A stretch of DNA of 64,000 nucleotides from Heptranchias perlo (taxonomy: Eukaryota): contig NW_027139217.1 in assembly GCF_035084215.1 (NCBI RefSeq), positions 1 to 64,000 of the forward strand, given 5' to 3'. Both the position numbers and the translations under genes were made by a program. Shown piece after piece: positions 1 through 13,112 of this stretch (positions within the stretch are counted from its first letter, which is position 1; each line of letters begins with the position of its first letter). The notes beneath the pieces are model-generated. The model made no database searches and had not been told where the DNA came from. It worked only from the letters and a program-made list of their open reading frames with translations.

Positions 1-3000
1 TTGAGGAGGTAGAGTGAGGGGATAGAGTGAGGGGATAGTGTGAGGGGATAGAGTGAGGGGATAGAGTGAGGTGATAGTGTGAGGGGATAGAGTGAGGGGA
101 TAGTGTGAGGGGATAGTGTGAGGGGATAGTGTGAGGAGATAGAGTGAGGGGATAGTGTGAGGGGATAGTGTGAGAGGATAGAGTGAGGGGATAGAGTGAG
201 GGGATAGTGTGAGGGGATAGAGTGAGGGGATAGTGTGAGGGGATAGAGTGAGGGGATAGTGTGAGGGGATAGAGTGAGGGGATAGAGTGAGGGGATAGTG
301 TGAGGGGATAGAGTGAGGGGATAGTGTGAGGGGATAGAGTGAGGGGATAGTGTGAGGGGATAGAGTGAGGGGATAGTGTGAGGGGATAGAGTGAGGGGAT
401 AGTGTGAGGGGATAGAGTGAGGGGATAGTGTGAGGAGATAGTGTGAGGGGATAGTGTGAGGGGATAGAGTGAGGGATAGAGTGAGGGGATAGTGTGAGGG
501 GATAGAGTGAGGGGATAGTGTGAGGGGATAGAGTGAGGGGATAGTGTGAGGGGATAGAGTGAGGGGATAGAGTGAGGAGATAGTGTGAGGGGATAGTGTG
601 AGGGGATAGTGTGAGGGGATAGAGTGAGGGGATAGAGTGAGGGGATAGTGTGAGGGGATAGAGTGAGGGGATAGAGTGAGGTGATAGTGTGAGGGGATAG
701 TGTGAGGGGATAGAGTGAGGGGATAGTGTGAGGGGATAGAGTGAGGGGATAGAGTGAGGGGATAGAGTGAGGGGATAGTGTGAGGGGATAGAGTGAGGGG
801 ACAGAGTGACGGGATAGAGTGAGGGGATAGAGTGTGGGGATAGAGTGAGGGGATAGTGTGAGGGGATAGAGTGAGGGGATAGTGTGAGGGGATAGAGTGA
901 GGAGATAGTGTGAGGGGATAGAGTGAGGGGATAGAGTGTGGGGATAGAGTGAGGGATAGTGTGAGGGGATAGTGTGAGGGGATAGAGTGAGGGGATAGTG
1001 TGAGGGGATAGAGTGAGGAGATAGTGTGAGGGGATAGAGTGAGGGGATAGTGTGAGGGGATAGTGTGAGGTGATAGTGTGAGGGGATAGTGTGAGTGGAT
1101 AGTGTGAGGGGATAGAGTGAGGGGATAGTGTGAGGGGATAGTGTGAGGGGATAGAGTGAGGAGGTAGTGTGAGGGGATAGAGTGAGGGGATAGTGTGAGG
1201 TGATAGTGTGAGGGGATAGAGTGAGGGGATAGTGTGAGGGGTGGGAGTGAGGGGATAGTGTGAGGGGATAGAGTGAGGGGATAGTGTGAGGGGATAGAGT
1301 GAGGGGATAGTGTGAGGGGATAGTGTGAGGGGATAGAGTGAGGGGATAGTGTGAGGGGATAGAGTGAGGGATAGAGTGAGGGGATAGAGTGAGGGGATAG
1401 TGTGAGGGGATAGTGTGAGGGGATAGAGTGAGGGGATAGTGTGAGGAGGATAGAGTGAGGGGATAGTGTGAGGGGATTGTGTGGAGGTAGAGTGAGGGGA
1501 TAGTGTGAGGGGATAGTGTGAGGGGATAGGTGAGGATAGTGTGAGGGGATAGTGTGAGGGGATAGTGTGAGGGATAGTGTGAGGGGATAGAGTGAGGGAT
1601 AGAGTGAGGGGATAGTGTGAGGGGATAGAGTGAGGGGATAGAGTGAGGGGATAGAGTGAGGGATAGTGTGAGGGGATAGAGTGAGGGGATAGTGTGAGGG
1701 ATAGAGTGAGGGGATTGTGAGGGATAGTGGAGGGATAGTGTGAGGGGATAGAGTGAGGGGATAGAGTGAGGGGATAGTGTGAGGGGATAGAGTGAGGGGA
1801 TAGTGTGAGGGGATAGAGTGAGGTGATAGAGTGAGGGGATAGAGTGAGGGATAGTGTGAGGGGATAGTGTGAGGGGATAGAGTGAGGGGATAGTGTGAGG
1901 GGATAGAGTGAGGGGATAGTGTGAGGGAGAGTGAGGGAGGTGAGGGGATAGAGTGAGGGGATAGAGTGAGGGGTAGTGTGGGGATAGTGTGAGGGGATAG
2001 AGTGAGGGGATAGAGTGAGGGGATTAGAGTGAGGGGATAGTGTGAGGGGAGTGAGGGGGATAGTGTGAGGGGAGTGGAGGTGAGGGGATAGTGTGAGGGG
2101 ATAGTGTGAGGGGATGAGTGAGGGGATAGGTGGGAGGTGGGAGGTGAGGGGATAGAGTGAGGGGATAGAGTGAGGGGATAGTGTGAGGGATAGTGTGAGG
2201 GGATAGAGTGAGGGGATAGTGTGAGGGGATAGTGTGAGGGGATAGTGTGAGGGGATAGAGTGAGGGGATAGAGTGAGGGGATAGTGTGAGGGGATAGAGT
2301 GAGGGGATAGAGTGAGGTGATAGTGTGAGGGGATAGTGTGAGGGGATAGAGTGAGGGGATAGTGTGAGGGGATAGAGTGAGGGGATAGAGTGAGGGGATA
2401 GTGTGAGGGGATAGAGTGAGGGGACAGAGTGAGGGGATAGAGTGGGGGGATAGAGTGTGGGGATAGTGTGAGGGGATAGTGTGAGGGGATAGAGTGAGGG
2501 GATAGTGTGAGGGGATAGAGTGAGGAGATAGTGTGAGGGGATAGAGTGAGGGGATAGAGTGTGGGGATAGAGTGAGGGGATAGAGTGAGGGGATAGTGTG
2601 AGGGGATAGAGTGAGGAGATAGTGTGAGGGGATAGAGTGAGGAGATAGTGTGAGGGGATAGAGTGAGGGGATAGTGTGAGGGGATAGAGTGAGGAGATAG
2701 TGTGAGGGGATAGAGTGAGGGGATAGAGTGTGGGGATAGAGTGAGGGGATAGAGTGAGGGGATAGTGTGAGGGGATAGAGTGAGGAGATAGTGTGAGGGG
2801 ATAGAGTGAGGAGATAGTGTGAGGGGATAGAGTGAGGGGATAGTGTGAGGGGATAGAGTGAGGAGATAGTGTGAGGGGATAGAGTGAGGGGATAGTGTGA
2901 GGGGATAGTGTGAGGTGATAGTGTGAGGGGATAGAGTGAGGGGATAGTGTGAGGGGTTAGTGTGAGGGGATAGAGTGAGGAGGTAGTGTGAGGGGATAGA

Positions 3001-6000
3001 GTGAGGGGATAGTGTGAGGTGATAGTGTGAGGGGATAGAGTGAGGGGATAGTGTGAGGGGATAGAGTGAGGGGATAATGTGAGGGGATAGAGTGAGGGGA
3101 TAGTGTGAGGGGATAGAGTGAGGGGATAGAGTGAGGGGATAGTGTGAGGGGATAGAGTGAGGGGATAGTGTGAGGGGATAGAGTGAGGGGATAGTGTGAG
3201 GGGATAGTGTGAGGTGATAGTGTGAGGGGATAGAGTGAGGGGATAGTGTGAGGGGTTAGTGTGAGGGGATAGAGTGAGGAGGTAGTGTGAGGGGATAGAG
3301 TGAGGGGATAGTGTGAGGTGATAGTGTGAGGGGATAGAGTGAGGGGATAGTGTGAGGGGATAGAGTGAGGGGATAATGTGAGGGGATAGAGTGAGGGGAT
3401 AGTGTGAGGGGATAGAGTGAGGGGATAGAGTGAGGGGATAGTGTGAGGGGATAGTGTGAGGAGATAGAGTGAGGGGATAGTGTGAGGGGATAGTGTGAGG
3501 GGATAGAGTGAGGGGATAGAGTGAGGGGATAGTGTGAGGGGATAGAGTGAGGGGATCGAGTGAGGGGATAGAGTGAGGGGATAGAGTGTGGGGATAGAGT
3601 GAGGGGATAGTGTGAGGGGATAGTGTGAGGGGATAGTGTGAGGGGATAGAGTGAGGGGATAGTGTGAGGGGATAGAGTGAGGAGATAGTGTGAGGGGATA
3701 GAGTGAGGGGATAGAGTGTGGGGATAGAGTGAGGGGATAGAGTGAGGGGATCGAGTGAGGGGATAGAGTGAGGGGATAGAGTGTGGGGATAGAGTGAGGG
3801 GATAGTGTGAGGGGATAGTGTGAGGGGATAGTGTGAGGGGATAGAGTGAGGGGATAGTGTGAGGGGATAGAGTGAGGAGATAGTGTGAGGGGATAGAGTG
3901 AGGGGATAGAGTGTGGGGATAGAGTGAGGGGATAGTGTGAGGGGATAGTGTGAGGGGATAGAGTGAGGGGATAGTGTGAGGGGATAGAGTGAGGAGATAG
4001 TGTGAGGGGATAGAGTGAGGGGATAGTGTGAGGGGATAGTGTGAGGTGATAGTGTGAGGGGATAGTGTGAGGGGATAGAGTGAGGGGATAGTGTGAGGGG
4101 ATAGAGTGAGGGGATAGTGTGAGGGGATAGAGTGAGGGGATAGTGTGAGGGGATAGTGTGAGGGGATAGAGTGAGGGGATAGTGTGAGGGGATAGAGTGA
4201 GGGGATAGAGTGAGGGGATAGAGTGAGGGGATAGTGTGAGGGGATAGTGTGAGGGGATAGAGTGAGGGGATAGTGTGAGGGGATAGAGTGAGGGGATAGA
4301 GTGAGGGGATAGAGTGAGGGGATAGTGTGAGGGGATAGTGTGAGGGGATAGAGTGAGGGGATAGTGTGAGGGGATAGAGTGAGGGGATAGTGTGAGGGGA
4401 TAGTGTGAGGAGGTAGAGTGAGGGGATAGTGTGAGGGGATAGTGTGAGGGGATAGTGTGAGGAGATAGTGTGGGGGGATAGTGTGAGGGGATAGTGTGAG
4501 GGGATAGAGTGAGGGGATAGAGTGAGGGGATAGAGTGAGGGGATAGTGTGAGGGGATAGATTGAGGGGATAGAGTGAGGGGATAGAGTGAGGGGATAGTG
4601 TGAGGGGATAGTGAGAGGGGATAGAGTGAGGGGATAGAGTGAGGGGATAGAGTGAGGGGATAGTGTGAGGGGATAGTGTGAGGGGATCGTGTGAGGGGAT
4701 AGAGTGAGGGGATCGAGTGAGGGGATAGAGTGAGGGGATAGAGTGTGGGGATAGAGTGAGGGGATAGTGTGAGGGGATAGTGTGAGGGGATAGTGTGAGG
4801 GGATAGAGTGAGGGGATAGTGTGAGGGGATAGAGTGAGGAGATAGTGTGAGGGGATAGAGTGAGGGGATAGAGTGTGGGGATAGAGTGAGGGGATAGAGT
4901 GAGGGGATCGAGTGAGGGGATAGAGTGAGGGGATAGAGTGTGGGGATAGAGTGAGGGGATAGTGTGAGGGGATAGTGTGAGGGGATAGTGTGAGGGGATA
5001 GAGTGAGGGGATAGTGTGAGGGGATAGAGTGAGGAGATAGTGTGAGGGGATAGAGTGAGGGGATAGAGTGTGGGGATAGAGTGAGGGGATAGTGTGAGGG
5101 GATAGTGTGAGGGGATAGAGTGAGGGGATAGTGTGAGGGGATAGAGTGAGGAGATAGTGTGAGGGGATAGAGTGAGGGGATAGTGTGAGGGGATAGTGTG
5201 AGGTGATAGTGTGAGGGGATAGAGTGAGGGAATAGAGTGTGGGGATAGAGTGAGGGGATAGTGTGAGGGGATAGTGTGAGGGGATAGAGTGAGGGGATAG
5301 TGTGAGGGGATAGAGTGAGGAGATAGTGTGAGGGGATAGAGTGAGGGGATAGTGTGAGGGGATAGTGTGAGGAGATAGAGTGAGGGGATAGTGTGAGGGG
5401 ATAGAGTGAGGGGATAGTGTGAGGGGATAGAGTGAGGGGATAGAGTGAGGGGATAGAGTGAGGGGATAGTGTGAGGGGATAGTGTGAGGGGATAGAGTGA
5501 GGGGATAGTGTGAGGGGATAGAGTGAGGGGATAGTGTGAGGGGATAGTGTGAGGAGGTAGAGTGAGGGGATAGTGTGAGGGGATAGTGTGAGGGGATAGT
5601 GTGAGGAGATAGTGTGGGGGGATAGTGTGAGGGGATAGTGTGAGGGGATAGAGTGAGGGGATAGAGTGAGGGGATAGAGTGAGGGGATAGTGTGAGGGGA
5701 TAGATTGAGGGGATAGAGTGAGGGGATAGAGTGAGGGGATAGTGTGAGGGGATAGTGAGAGGGGATAGAGTGAGGGGATAGAGTGAGGGGATAGAGTGAG
5801 GGGATAGTGTGAGGGGATAGTGTGAGGGGATCGTGTGAGGGGATAGAGTGAGGGGATAGAGTGAGGGGATAGTGTGAGGGGATAGTGTGAGGAGATAGAG
5901 TGAGGGGATAGTGTGAGGGGATAGAGTGAGGGGATAGAGTGAGGGGATAGAGTGAGGGGATAGAGTGAGGGGATAGTGTGAGGGGATATTGTGAGGGGAT

Positions 6001-9000
6001 AGAGTGAGGGGATAGAGTGAGGGGATAGAGTGAGGGGATAGTGTGAGGGGATAGTGTGAGGGGATAGTGTGAGGGGATAGTGTGAGGGGATAGAGTGAGG
6101 AGATAGAGTGAGGGGATAGTGTGAGGGGATAGAGTGAGGGGATAGAGTGAGGAGATAGAGTGAGGAGATAGTGTGAGGGGATAGAGTGAGGGGATAGTGT
6201 GAGGGGATAGAGTGAGGGGATAGAGTGAGGGGATAGTGTGAGGGGATAGTGTGAGGGGATAGTGTGAGGGGATAGTGTGAGGGGATAGAGTGAGGGGATA
6301 GAGTGAGGGGATAGAGTGAGGGGATAGTGTGAGGGGATAGAGTGAGGGGATAGTGTGAGGGGATAGAGTGAGGGGATAGAGTGAGGGGATAGAGTGAGGG
6401 GGTAGAGTGAGGGGATAGAGTGAGGGGATAGTGTGAGGGGATAGAGTGAGGGGATAGAGTGAGGTGATAGTGTGAGGGGATAGAGTGAGGGGATAGTGTG
6501 AGGGGATAGAGTGAGGGGATAGTGTGAGGGGATAGAGTGAGGGGATAGAGTGAGGGGATAGAGTGAGGGGATAGTGTGAGGGGATAGAGTGAGGGGATAG
6601 TGTGAGGGGATAGAGTGAGGGGATAGTGTGAGGGGATAGAGTGAGGGGATAGAGTGAGGGGATAGAGTGAGGGGATAGTGTGAGGGGATAGAGTGAGGGG
6701 ATAGTGTGAGGGGATAGAGTGAGGGGATAGTGTGAGGGGATAGAGTGAGGGGATAGTGTGAGGGGATAGAGTGAGGGGATAGTGTGAGGGGATAGAGTGA
6801 GGGGATAGAGTGAGGAGATAGTGTGAGGGGATAGAGTGAGGGGATAGAGTGAGGGGATAGTGTGAGGGGATAGAGTGAGGGGATAGTGTGAGGGGACAGA
6901 GTGAGGGGATAGAGTGAGGGGATAGAGGGAGGAGATAGTGTGAGGGGATAGTGTGAGGGGATAGAGTGAGGGGATAGAGTGAGGGGATAGTGTGAGGGGA
7001 TAGAGTGAGCGGATAGAGTGAGGTGATAGTGTGAGGCGATAGTGTGAGGGGATAGAGTGAGGGGATAGAGTGAGGGGATAGAGTGAGGAGATAGTGTGAG
7101 GGGATAGTGTGAGGGGATAGTGTGAGGGGATAGAGTGAGGGGATAGAGTGAGGGGATAGTGTGAGGGGATAGTGTGAGGGGATAGTGTGAGGGGATAGTG
7201 TGAGGGGATAGAGTGAGGGGATAGAGTGAGGGGATAGAGTGAGGGGATAGAGTGAGGGGATAGTGCGAGGGGATAGAGTGAGGGGATAGTGTGAGGTGAT
7301 AGTGTGAGGGGATAGTGTGAGGGGATAGAGTGAGGGGATAGAGTGAGGGGATAGAGTGAGGGGATAGTTTGAGGGGATAGTGTGAGGGGATAGAGTGAGG
7401 AGGTAGTGTGAGGGGATAGAGTGAGGGGATAGTGTGAGGTGATAGTGTGAGGGGATAGAGTGAGGGGATAGTGTGAGGGGATAGAGTGAGGGGATAGTGT
7501 GAGGGGATAGAGTGAGGGGATAGAGTGAGGGGATAGTGTGAGGGGATAGAGTGAGGGGATAGTGTGAGGGGATAGTGTGAGGGGATAGAGTGAGGGGATA
7601 GTGTGAGGGGATAGAGTGAGGGGATAGAGTGAGGGGATAGTGTGAGGGGATAGAGTGAGGGGATAGTGTGAGGGGATAGTGTGAGGGGATAGTGTGAGGG
7701 GATAGTGTGAGGAGATAGTGTGAGGGGATAGTGTGAGGGGATAGAGTGAGGGGATAGAGTGAGGTGATAGTGTGAGGGGATAGAGTGAGGAGATAGTGTG
7801 AGGGGATAGAGTGAGGGGATAGAGTGAGGGGATAGTGTGAGGGGATAGAGTGAGGGGATAGAGTGAGGGGATAGTGTGAGGGGATAGAGTGAGGGGATAG
7901 AGTGAGGGGATAGTGTGAGGGGATAGTGTGAGGGGATAGAGTGAGGGGATAGAGTGAGGGGATAGTGTGAGGGGATAGAGTGAGGGGATAGTGTGAGGGG
8001 ATAGAGTGAGGGGATAGTGTGAGGGGATAGAGTGAGGAGATAGTGTGAGGGGATAGAGTGAGGGGATAGAGTGAGGGGATAGTGTGAGGGGATAGTGTGA
8101 GGGGATAGAGTGAGGGGATAGAGTGAGGGGATAGAGTGAGGGGATAGAGTGAGGGGATAGAGTGAGGGGATAGAGTGAGGGGATAGTGTGAGGGGATAGT
8201 GTGAGGGGATAGAGTGAGGGGATAGAGTGAGGGGATAGAGTGAGGGGATAGTGTGAGGGGATAGTGTGAGGGGATAGTGTGAGGGGATAGTGTGAGGAGG
8301 TAGAGTGAGGGGATAGTGTGAGGGGATAGAGTGAGGGGATAGAGTGAGGGGATAGTGTGAGGGGATAGTGTGAGGGGATAGTGTGAGGGGACAGAGTGAG
8401 GAGATAGTGTGAGGGGATAGAGTGAGGGGATAGAGTGAGGAGATAGAGTGAGGAGATAGTGTGAGGGGATAGAGTGAGGGGATAGTGTGAGGGGATAGAG
8501 TGAGGGGATAGTGTGAGGGGATAGTGTGAGGGGATAGAGTGAGGGGATAGTGTGAGGGGATAGTGTGAGGGGATAGTGTGAGGGGATAGAGTGAGGAGAT
8601 AGAGTGAGGGGATAGTGTGAGGGGATAGAGTGAGGGGATAGAGTGAGGGGATAGAGTGAGGGGATTGTGTGAGGGGATAGAGTGAGGAGATAGAGTGAGG
8701 AGATAGAGTGAGGAGATAGAGTGAGGGGACAGAGTGAGGGGATAGAGTGAGGGGATAGTGTGAGGGGATAGTGTGAGGGGATAGAGTGAGGGGATAGAGT
8801 GAGGGGATAGAGTGAGGGGATAGTGTGAGGGGATAGTGTGAGGGGATAGAGTGAGGGGATAGTGTGAGGGGATAGAGTGAGGGGATAGTGTGAGGGGATA
8901 GAGTGAGGGGATAGAGTGAGGGGATAGTGTGAGGGGATAGTGTGAGGGGATAGTGTGAGGGGATAGAGTGAGGGGATAGAGTGAGGGGATAGTGTGAGGG

Positions 9001-9120
9001 GATAGTGTGAGGGGATAGTGTGAGGGGATAGTGTGAGGGGATAGTGTGAGGGGATAGAGTGAGGGGATAGAGTGAGGGGATAGTGTGAGGGGATAGAGTG
9101 AGGGGATAGTGTGAGGGGAT
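1..9120. repeat. 13-bp G-rich satellite GAGGGGATAG(A/T)GT, ~700 copies, continues beyond the window
   Basis: Direct reading; the 1959-aa ORF is its stop-free antisense frame. Confidence 0.99.
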
Positions 9121-9194
9121 TGTGTGCAGGGTCAAAGTCTAATGGGCACTGGTTGGAACGTGTAGACTGTATTACAGGGCAATGAAATCTCAGA

Positions 9195-10201
9195 GAGATC
9201 TCCTCTCAGTCCCATTCCCCCCTTTCCCCATTCACCCCATCACCCCCTGTGCCCTCTCTCTGAACGATCTCTCCCCTCAGTCCCATTCCCCCCTTTCCCC
9301 ATTCACCCCATCACCCCCTGTGCCCTCTCTCTGAACGATCTCTCCTCTCAGTCCCATTCCCCCCTTTCCCCATTCACCCCATCACCCCCTGTGCCCTCTC
9401 TCTGAACGATCTCTCCTCTCAGTCCCATTCCCCCTTTCCCCATTCACCCCATCACCCCCTGTGCCCTCTCTCTGAACGATCTCTCCCCTCAGTCCCATTC
9501 CCCCTTTCCCCATTCAACCCATCGCCCCCTGTCCCTCTCTCTGAATGATCTCTCCCCTCAGTCCCATTCCCCCCTTTCCCCATTCACCCCATCGCCCCCT
9601 GTGCCCTCTCTCTGAACGTTCTCTCCCCTCAATCCCATTCCCCCCTTTCCCCATTCACTCCATCACCCCCTGTGCCCTCTCTCTGAACGATCTCTCCCCT
9701 CAGTCCCATTCCCCCCTTTCCCCATTCAACCCATCGCCCCCTGTGCCCTCTCTCTGAACGTTCTCTCCCCTCAGTCCCATTCCCCCCTTTCCCCATTCAC
9801 CCCATCACCCCCTGTGCCCTCTCTCTGAACGATCTCTCCCCTCAGTCCCATTCCCCCTTTCCCCATTCACTCCATCACCCCCTGTGCCCTCTCTCTGAAG
9901 GATCTCTCCCCTCAGTCCCATTCCCCCCTTTCCCCATTCACCCCATCACCCCCTGTGCCCTCTCTCTGAACGATCTCTCCCCTCAGTCCCATTCCCCCTT
10001 TCCCCATTCACCCCATCGCCCCCTGTGCCCTCTCTCTGAACGATCTCTCCCCTCAGTCCCATTCCCCCCTTTCCCCATTCACCCCATCACCCCCTGTGCC
10101 CTCTCTCTGAACGATCTCTCCCCTCAGTCCCATTCCCCCTTTCCCCATTCACCCCATCGCCCCCTGTGCCCTCTCTCTGAACGATCTCTCCCCTCAGTCC
10201 C
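9195..10201. repeat. ~71-bp C/T-rich minisatellite, ~14 copies
   Basis: Unit GATCTCTCCCCTCAGTCCCATTCCCCCCTTTCCCCATTCACCCCATCACCCCCTGTGCCCTCTCTCTGAAC. Confidence 0.97.
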
Positions 10202-10377
10202 CTGGTGAGTTGGGGGTCAGACTCGGCCCAGTTTAATTCCTGAGCCTGATTAGAATTTTCCCGATCTGTCTCCCGCCCGGACCTGGTGGGAATGATGTCG
10301 AGGCTGGTGGGAGCGGGAGTGGGAAGTCTCTCAGGAGCTGGATATCACCAGGGAACTGAGCGTAACAGCAGGCCGGG

Positions 10378-10820
10378 GGGGAGGGAGAGGGGAGGGAGGG
10401 TCTGAGGGGGGCTGGTGGTGGAGGGAGGGAGAGGGGAGGGAGGGTCTGAAGGGGGCTGGTGGTGGAGGGAGGGAGGGTCTGAAGGGGGCTGGTGGTGGAG
10501 GGAGGGAGAGGGGAGGGAGGGTCTGAAGGGGGCTGGTGGTGGAGGGAGGGAGAGGGGAGGGAGGGTCTGAAGGGGGCTGGTGGTGGAGGGAGGGAGAGGG
10601 GAGGGAGGGTCTGAAGGGGGCTGGTGGTGGAGGGAGGGAGGGAGAGGGGAGGGAGGGTCTGAAGGGGGCTGGTGGTGGAGGGAGGGAGGGAGAGGGGAGG
10701 GAGGGTCTGAAGGGGGCTGGTGGTGCAGGGAGGGAGGGAGAGGGGAGGGAGGGTCTGAAGGGGGCTGGTGGTGGAGGGAGGGAGAGGGGAGGGGGGGAGG
10801 GAGGGAGGGAGAGGGGAGGC
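10378..10820. repeat. 37/41-bp G/A-rich minisatellite
   Basis: GGGTCTGAAGGGGGCTGGTGGTGGAGGGAGGGAGAGGGGAGGGA-type units. Confidence 0.95.
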
Positions 10821-10964
10821 CCGGGGAGCGAGAGGCCCAGTGATTCTGTGTGGACCCCGGGGGAACAGTCCTGATCCTCCCGGCCCACAAGGAATCCGCA
10901 CAAAACACACATTACACTCACCTTGGCCTCTGCTGACCCCGTCCCGACCTCCCGGCAGGGCACA

Positions 10965-11196
10965 CCCTCTCCCCCCTGAACTGCTGCACTTTAACCCCAT
11001 TCCCAGCCCCTCTCCCCCCTGACCTGCTGCACTTTAACCCCATTCCCAGCCCCTCTCCCCCCTGACCTGCTGCACTTTAACCCCATTCCCAGCCCCTCTC
11101 CCCCCGACCTGCTGCACTTTAACCCCATTCCCAGCCCCTCTCCCCCCTGACCTGCTGCACTTTAACCCCATTCCCAGCCCCTCTCCCCCTGACCTG
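10965..11196. repeat. 42-43-bp minisatellite, ~5 copies
   Basis: GACCTGCTGCACTTTAACCCCATTCCCAGCCCCTCTCCCCCCT. Confidence 0.95.
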
Positions 11197-12245
11197 TTGA
11201 ACACAGATGTTGGGAAAGACGGAGAGTGAACGTCTCACAGAGTGAACTGTGAACACAGTCAGCACTTTCATTTGGTGAGTGTGGGAATGAGGTGTGGAGA
11301 GGGAAGGAGGTGCTCAGTGATTTAGGGACTAGAAACTAATCTATCAACACTAAAACTTAAATAAAAAATACATAACATTTTTTAAAAAGACTAAGTAATC
11401 GCTAATTATTTTGAAATTAAGCTAAATCCATTTACTCAATATAATCTAGATCTCAAGTGATTCTATTAGTCCTAGAAATAAACTACTGATTAAATAAATA
11501 AAAACTAGAAATGTCAGCGCAGGCCGTGTGTCGGGACTGTAATATGTGGGAGTTTGTGGACGGTGAGACTCTCCCGGATTGCCACATCTGCAGTAAATGT
11601 CTCCGGCTTGAGACACTCCGGCTCAGAGTCTTTGAGCTGGAGCCCGAGTTCGAGACACTCTGACACTTAAGGGAGGGGGAGGTAGAGAAGGAGGTCCCAC
11701 AGACACTGGTCCGATCCAACAGGTACGAGGTACTTGATAACTGTGAGGATAAGGATGAGGCTGCTGGGAGGAAGCCCAGGATGCTGACCAGGGCATCATG
11801 GAGCATGAGGCAGTCCAAGGGGGAGGGAGGATCAGAATGGAATGGTTTTACTCATAGGGAATTCTATCATCAGGGGGATCGATAGACTCCTCTGCTGTCG
11901 CGACCGAGAGTCCAGGAGGGTGTGTTGTTTATCTGGTGCAAGGGTAAAGGACATCTCAGAGCAACTGGAGAGGAACTTGGAAAGGGAGGGGGAGGATCCA
12001 GTTGTTCTGGTCCATGTTGGGACCAATGACATAAGGAAGAACGAGGAGGAGGTCCTGCTAAGGGAATATCAGAAGCTCGGAACTAAATTAAAGAGCAGGA
12101 CCCCACGGGAGGTAATCTCAGGTTTACTACGTGAGCCACGTGCTAATTGGCCCAGGGATAGGCAGATCAGGAAGGTGACTGTGTGGCTGGAAGACTGGTG
12201 TGGGAAGGAGGGGTTCCATTTCATGGGACATGGGCACCAGTACTG

Positions 12246-13112
12246 GGACAGGAAGGAGCTGTACCCCCGGGACGGGAAGGAGCTGTACCCCCGGGACGGG
12301 AAGGAGCTGTACCCCCGGGACGGGAAGGAGCTGTACCCCCGGGACGGGAAGGAGCTGTACCCCCGGGACGGGAAGGAGCTGTACCCCCGGGACGGGAAGG
12401 AGCTGTACCCCCGGGACGGGAAGGAGCTGTACCCCCGGGACGGGAAGGAGCTGTACCCCCGGGACGGGAAGGAGCTGTACCCCCGGGACGGGAAGGAGCT
12501 GTACCCCCGGGACGGGAAGGAGCTGTACCCCCGGGACGGGAAGGAGCTGTACCCCCGGGACGGGAAGGAGCTGTACCCCCGGGACGGGAAGGAGCTGTAC
12601 CCCCGGGACGGGAAGGAGCTGTCTCACTGGGATGGGAAGGAGCTGTACCCCCGGGACGGGAAGGAGCTGTACCCCCGGGACGGGAAGGAGCTTTACCCCC
12701 GGGACGGGAAGGAGCTGTACCCCCGGGACGGGAAGGAGCTGTACCCCCGGGACGGGAAGGAGCTGTCCCACTGGGACGGGAAGGAGCTGTACCCCCGGGA
12801 CGGGAAGGAGCTGTACCCCCGGGACGGGAAGGAGCTGTACCCCCGGGACGGGAAGGAGCTGTACCCCCGGGACGGGAAGGAGCTGTACCCCCGGGACGGG
12901 AAGGAGCTGTACCCCCGGGACGGGAAGGAGCTGTACCCCCGGGACGGGAAGGAGCTGTACCCCCGGGACGGGAAGGAGCTGTACCCCCGGGACGGGAAGG
13001 AGCTGTACCCCCGGGACGGGAAGGAGCTGTACCCCCGGGACGGGAAGGAGCTGTACCCCCGGGACGGGAAGGAGCTGTACCCCCGGGACAGAAAGGAGCT
13101 GTTCCACTGGGA
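12246..13112 (+). repeat. 21-bp in-frame tandem array (KELYPRDG-type, 7-aa period), ~41 copies, inside the CR1 ORF1 esterase domain
   Basis: GGGAAGGAGCTGTACCCCCGGGAC-type units flanked by normal ORF1 sequence (QYWDR ... WDRLHLN). Confidence 0.97.

Noticed and set aside
3256-9135. 1959-aa ORF
   Set aside because: Stop-free antisense frame of the 13-bp satellite; no start context or domain
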